Origin: Promethearchaeota archaeon
GTDB lineage: Archaea; Asgardarchaeota; Lokiarchaeia; Sigyniarchaeales; SOKP01
Assembly: GCA_019058295.1 (NCBI GenBank)
Contig: JAHPZI010000026.1
Span: 1 to 64,000, forward strand
Direction of reading: 5' to 3'
Length of the DNA: 64,000 bases
A program made the position numbers and the translations under genes. Every line of letters begins with the position of its first letter. Position 1 is the stretch's first letter. Under the pieces are notes generated by a model. That model was not told the origin of the DNA and searched no databases. It saw nothing but the letters and a program-made list of their open reading frames with translations. This document shows positions 60,060-64,000 of this stretch, piece by piece.

Positions 60060-60314
60060 TTAATAACCGCCTGCCTGCGTAGCCATAACAGTTATTACAT
60101 CTTTTTTAGGATGGATACCTATTTTAGCAAATTTTAATTGATCAGGTAAAACCTTCCCTTTAAAAATAAATTGAATAGCTAAAATCGGATTTAGCTTATA
60201 TTCTCTCTGAACTGATTTTTTAATATCAGCAATATTTTGATTAGGATCTACCTCAATTAATTTAATAGCCTGGTCTGGCGGGACTCCAGTAAGCCTAAAT
60301 CTGTATTGTGTAAT
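60060..60314 (-). CDS. Unannotated 84-aa ubiquitin/SUMO-like protein with C-terminal GG-Y; apparent ATT start
   Basis: (I/M)TQYRFRLTGVPPDQAIKLIEVDPNQNIADIKKSVQREYKLNPILAIQFIFKGKVLPDQLKFAKIGIHPKKDVITVMATQAGGY*; SD-like AGGAAGTG 7 nt upstream. Confidence 0.88.
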   Translation of the reverse strand: MTQYRFRLTGVPPDQAIKLIEVDPNQNIADIKKSVQREYKLNPILAIQFIFKGKVLPDQLKFAKIGIHPKKDVITVMATQAGGY

Positions 60315-60473
60315 TTTTAATCACTTCCTTTTTTAAATTCGGAGATAAAATATATTATTATATATATAAAGTTAATAAAAATAATTAAGTATTTTAGTCT
60401 AAAAGGTTATACTTGAGTTTAAAGCGACTTTTTTTTAGGATTCAATTAGATATTCAAGAAGGTGTTAGATATT

Positions 60474-60662
60474 TTAAAACCGAAATGGTTCAGGTGGAGG
60501 TGGGGGTCCAGGTGGTGCAGGACCTGGAGGAATAGGGGGGCCAGGTCTAAATGGAGGTCGTTTAAGTAAATTTTCTAATGATGAAAGTCTTTTTTCTATC
60601 TCATTTATCCTTTTTTCAATTTTATTAATTCTATCTAATAAATTCGGGTTTTCTAATGACAT
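60474..60662 (-). CDS. Small coiled-coil plus polyproline protein
   Basis: RINKIEKRINEIEKRLSSLE heptads, then PPFRPGPPIPPGPAPPGPPPPPEP; GC-rich patch explained by Pro/Gly codons. Confidence 0.8.
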   Translation of the reverse strand: MSLENPNLLDRINKIEKRINEIEKRLSSLENLLKRPPFRPGPPIPPGPAPPGPPPPPEPFRF

Positions 60663-60862
60663 TTCTATATTAATTTAATTTATTCTTTGTAGTTTTATAA
60701 TTATGATACTTATTATTTTTAAAATTTTTATCTAAATTTATTGAAAAAACATATTTAGTCGGGATCTATACTTTTTTAAATATAAAGGTTTTTCAGAAAA
60801 AAAAGAGTTTTAGTCCAGAAAAAAAGTATAATTTTTTATATTTATATTATTATATTTCTATT

Positions 60863-61981
60863 ATGGAAAGCTGGAATATTTCTAAAAAGCTAAAAGGTGA
60901 GTTATTAACAAAAGCCAGTGGTATTGAAGATAATAGCAGAAGAATATTATTTATTCTAAGAAATCTTGGTCCACAAAGATTTACCAATTTAATAAAATAT
61001 TCTAATTTAAGTAGATCTACAGTCTCAAAATATTTAAGTTTCCATAGAAAAAATAATTATGTTGAACAGAGAATAATTACTGATAAATTATCCAATAAAC
61101 AATATCAAGGGTATGTTATTACGGAAAAGGGCATTGAAAAGCTTGGTGAAGAACCTTTAAGATTGAAGAAAGAATTATTTATGATTAATGAACTTAAAAA
61201 TAATGTTAAAAAGCTTGAAAATTTAATCGCATTCTATAAAGAAATAAGCGTAGAAGAATCATTTATTTTTCATATAGTAAGAATTATTTCCAAAATCGGT
61301 GATAATTTTTTTGAAATTCAACAAGATAGAGATCTTTATCTTGCCCTTTTTTATGTTTTTTACAACTCAATTCTCGGGCAAGGTGCTTTTGCAAAAAAAT
61401 ATTGGCACCTTGATGAATTAAATGATACAAAAAGACCTGAAGAATTCTCAGGTTATAAATTAAATTTACAACAATTTTGTGAACTTTATAATATAGCACC
61501 AGAAGCTATAAACTATTTGGCAAGACTTAAGCTTATGACAAATGAGCTTGGTTTTTATCTAATTAAACGTAAAAATGATGACTTTTTTTTCCATGAAGAA
61601 GATCTATTAGGAACAACAACTTTACGTTTGATAAAAGATCGATTAATTGAGGAAATAATATATATAGATGCGGGAATTCATTCTGAAATTTATGATTTAG
61701 ATAAAATGTCAGAGGAAATATCCGAACACTTAAAAGAAATGGGATTAATATGGAATGCAATTCAAGAACAATTTGAACTATTAATTTTGAACCTTATAAT
61801 AAAAAATGCAATTGACATCGGTTTTTTAGAAACTGATAGGAAAAAATTAATGGAAATAATTTCTCAATCTAAGAAATTGCCTAAATCTATTGAAGGAAAA
61901 ATGCTTCAAGAAAGCATTTTAAATGGCTCAAGGATTGAAGAGAACTTAAATATTCTCACTATTATAGAGAATGAAAATTAA
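60863..61981 (+). CDS. Winged-helix (ArsR/MarR-like) regulator with large C-terminal domain
   Basis: ILFIL...GP.RFT.L.....LSRSTVSKYL...Y.ITEKG. Confidence 0.85.
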   Translation: MESWNISKKLKGELLTKASGIEDNSRRILFILRNLGPQRFTNLIKYSNLSRSTVSKYLSFHRKNNYVEQRIITDKLSNKQYQGYVITEKGIEKLGEEPLRLKKELFMINELKNNVKKLENLIAFYKEISVEESFIFHIVRIISKIGDNFFEIQQDRDLYLALFYVFYNSILGQGAFAKKYWHLDELNDTKRPEEFSGYKLNLQQFCELYNIAPEAINYLARLKLMTNELGFYLIKRKNDDFFFHEEDLLGTTTLRLIKDRLIEEIIYIDAGIHSEIYDLDKMSEEISEHLKEMGLIWNAIQEQFELLILNLIIKNAIDIGFLETDRKKLMEIISQSKKLPKSIEGKMLQESILNGSRIEENLNILTIIENEN

Positions 61982-62059
61982 TCGTTAAAATAAGATTTTA
62001 AAAATTAAAAAAAAAAAAAAATTAATTTTTATTGATATTGCCTTACATTGCTCAGTAGA

Positions 62060-63112
62060 TTATCTTCTTTTCTTCCTAATTATTATAAAAATAATAAGGC
62101 CAATTAATGCGACAATTACAGCACCAGCAATAAGAGCAATCCACCACCAATTTTCAGTAATATAAACTGCACTAAATCCAAATTGCGTTAATTCAAATTT
62201 TGCGATTATGTCTCCATCGTAAGTCCACTCATAATAATACATAATCCCATCATTATTAAATCTGATTTCAGAATCGAATTCTTCGAATTCACCGATTAAT
62301 TCGACATTGGTCCAAAGTCCAACATCTCTATCTCGGAAAAAATAATTAACATCAGGTGCACCCACACTAACACGATCTTCGAGATTGGTTCCATAATCCG
62401 CAACATATCCTCTATCTTCGATCCATTCATCACAATCATCAGCGACATCATCATAGTCTAAATTTTTTGGAGCAAAAAACATTGGCCATTCTGGTGAAAC
62501 AACCCAATCAAATGGATCTTGTAAAACTGGACCTGTAGGGGTAAATTGTTTAGTAATAGTATAATAATATAGCCCCATACCAAGTTGAACGGCTATAAAA
62601 GTTTGTGTGCCGGAGGGTGTTGTATACGGAATCAATTGATCCGCAAAGCTTGCTAATAGATAATCGGAATAGACGATCTCTTCACCTTCCCAAATTTTAA
62701 AGGATTCGCTTTTATCTAAATCTTCCCAATCTTCTTCTTCTTCTTTTTCATAGATATTTATTCTTGTCTTTACATAACCGACATCATCTTCATCGTCTAT
62801 AGCTCCGTCATAATCTGTATCATCGTCATCTTTGATATCATCTACAACAACTCTCCAACCAACGATATCATCATCAAATTCGAGGTGGTCGAAAATAGCA
62901 TCTGCATATCTATCTCTAAGTTCTGGATCGGTCACACCCCAATCTTCAAAATAATCTTCTAATGGCCCTTTATCGAATTCAGTATTATAGATAAAGTCTT
63001 GGTTTTCATTAACTCCGACATAATTAGGTTGAGCAGCGTATCCACTCGCAATATAAGGTAATAGTAATGATACAATCAACAATCCATATAATATTGCTTT
63101 TGATACTTTCAT
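62060..63112 (-). CDS. Acidic secreted protein with C-terminal TM anchor
   Basis: Signal peptide, YVGV.E..DFIY start, D/E-rich, TM plus RKKRR. Confidence 0.82.
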   Translation of the reverse strand: MKVSKAILYGLLIVSLLLPYIASGYAAQPNYVGVNENQDFIYNTEFDKGPLEDYFEDWGVTDPELRDRYADAIFDHLEFDDDIVGWRVVVDDIKDDDDTDYDGAIDDEDDVGYVKTRINIYEKEEEEDWEDLDKSESFKIWEGEEIVYSDYLLASFADQLIPYTTPSGTQTFIAVQLGMGLYYYTITKQFTPTGPVLQDPFDWVVSPEWPMFFAPKNLDYDDVADDCDEWIEDRGYVADYGTNLEDRVSVGAPDVNYFFRDRDVGLWTNVELIGEFEEFDSEIRFNNDGIMYYYEWTYDGDIIAKFELTQFGFSAVYITENWWWIALIAGAVIVALIGLIIFIIIRKKRR

Positions 63113-63262
63113 TATTAATCTTTTTTTTTTGGAAATTAAGCTTAAATAATTATCTTTTTCTTTTATTTAAAAATTTATGATACTAAAATTAAGTTTATAA
63201 AACCTTCCACGATAATCAATTATGGATTACAAAAGTGGAAGAAAAAAGGAGAAAAATTTATT

Positions 63263-64000
63263 TTAAGAATAATCGAGCATCTTATTTATCGGACCTAATG
63301 CTCTTTTAGCAACATTTTTTGGAACCTTGATTTCAAAGTTTTTATCATCCAAATTTTCGAGGAGGTATTTAATCAATTCTAGGTTATGCTTTTTCATATT
63401 ATGACAAATCATCTTATCACTTGCTAAATAATACTTATTAGTTGGAAAATCTTCGATCATACGTTCTAAAAGTCCTATTTCAGTTCCTATTATGAATTCA
63501 TTTATTTCAGATGGGCTTTCTTTAACATATCTATGCATCTGTGTTGTAGAACCAACGAAATCGGATAATTCTCTCACACTTCGTTGGCATTCAGGATGTA
63601 CTATGACTTTTGCTTTTGGATGTGCTCTTTTTATTATTCGAACATCTTCTATTGTTAGTTGAGAATGAACATAACAATGACCATTTTCTGGCATTTTAAT
63701 AGTTTTAATTTTCGATATTTGTTCTGTATAATCTGCCAAATTAGCATCAGGTCCAAATAGAACTGCTTGAGCATTAAATTCTTCCTTTATTTTCTGAACA
63801 ATTTTCACGGCATTAGATGAAGTACAACAAATATCAGATTCTGCTTTGACAGCAGCAGTAGAATTCACATATGTAACAACTGGTAAACCCGGATTTTTCT
63901 TTTTAAAATCTATAACCATTTCAGGAGTGAGAAAAGCAGCCATGGGACAACATGATTCATAGTTAGGAATTAACACATGCTTATCTTGATTTAAGATTGA
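63263..64000 (-). CDS. nadA: Quinolinate synthase (5' end beyond window)
   Basis: CPMA, YVNSTA.VKA.SD.CCTSSNA, PD.NL, C.VH, HPEC, GST, GTE, C.NMK; frame open to window edge. Confidence 0.96.
   Translation of the reverse strand, partial: SILNQDKHVLIPNYESCCPMAAFLTPEMVIDFKKKNPGLPVVTYVNSTAAVKAESDICCTSSNAVKIVQKIKEEFNAQAVLFGPDANLADYTEQISKIKTIKMPENGHCYVHSQLTIEDVRIIKRAHPKAKVIVHPECQRSVRELSDFVGSTTQMHRYVKESPSEINEFIIGTEIGLLERMIEDFPTNKYYLASDKMICHNMKKHNLELIKYLLENLDDKNFEIKVPKNVAKRALGPINKMLDYS

Noticed and set aside
60767-60830. 11-bp inverted repeat tatactttttt/aaaaaagtata before the wHTH regulator
   Set aside because: Mostly homopolymer in very AT-rich DNA; not distinguishable from chance.
893-61760. Short ORF-track entries overlapping larger genes (e.g. 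893-1111, 3712-4125, 26811-27173, 31818-32099, 38344-38664, 57140-57460)
   Set aside because: Antisense or alternate-frame shadows of well-supported genes, with no motifs.

Overview
AT-rich, gene-dense archaeal chromosome segment, almost certainly from an Asgard archaeon (Lokiarchaeia/Promethearchaeia-like). Evidence: archaeal RadA, PINA, tRNA splicing endonuclease and Ski2-like helicase alongside eukaryotic-signature proteins (roadblock, longin-like, actin, ubiquitin-like) and Loki-CTERM-type surface proteins. I found no rRNA, tRNA, CRISPR array or transposase. Main results beyond the ORF track: (1) a hidden 84-aa ubiquitin/SUMO-like gene (60060-60314, -) ending ...QAGG-Y* with no ATG/GTG/TTG start, downstream of a coiled-coil/polyproline mini-protein; (2) three genes (this Ubl, a ZIP transporter, a roadblock protein) with ATT or ACG at the SD-positioned start, suggesting non-AUG initiation; (3) an actin homologue with a ~118-aa double zinc-ribbon insert; (4) a TetR / glycyl-radical enzyme / FAD oxidoreductase unit sharing a 39-bp palindromic promoter-operator; (5) two gene-duplication scars (a third GT-C remnant, and a duplicated 3' gene end bounding a giant surface-protein gene); (6) degenerate DRG GTPase and EndA copies; (7) two further unannotated small ORFs. 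All family calls come from reading motifs by eye; no database searches were run.
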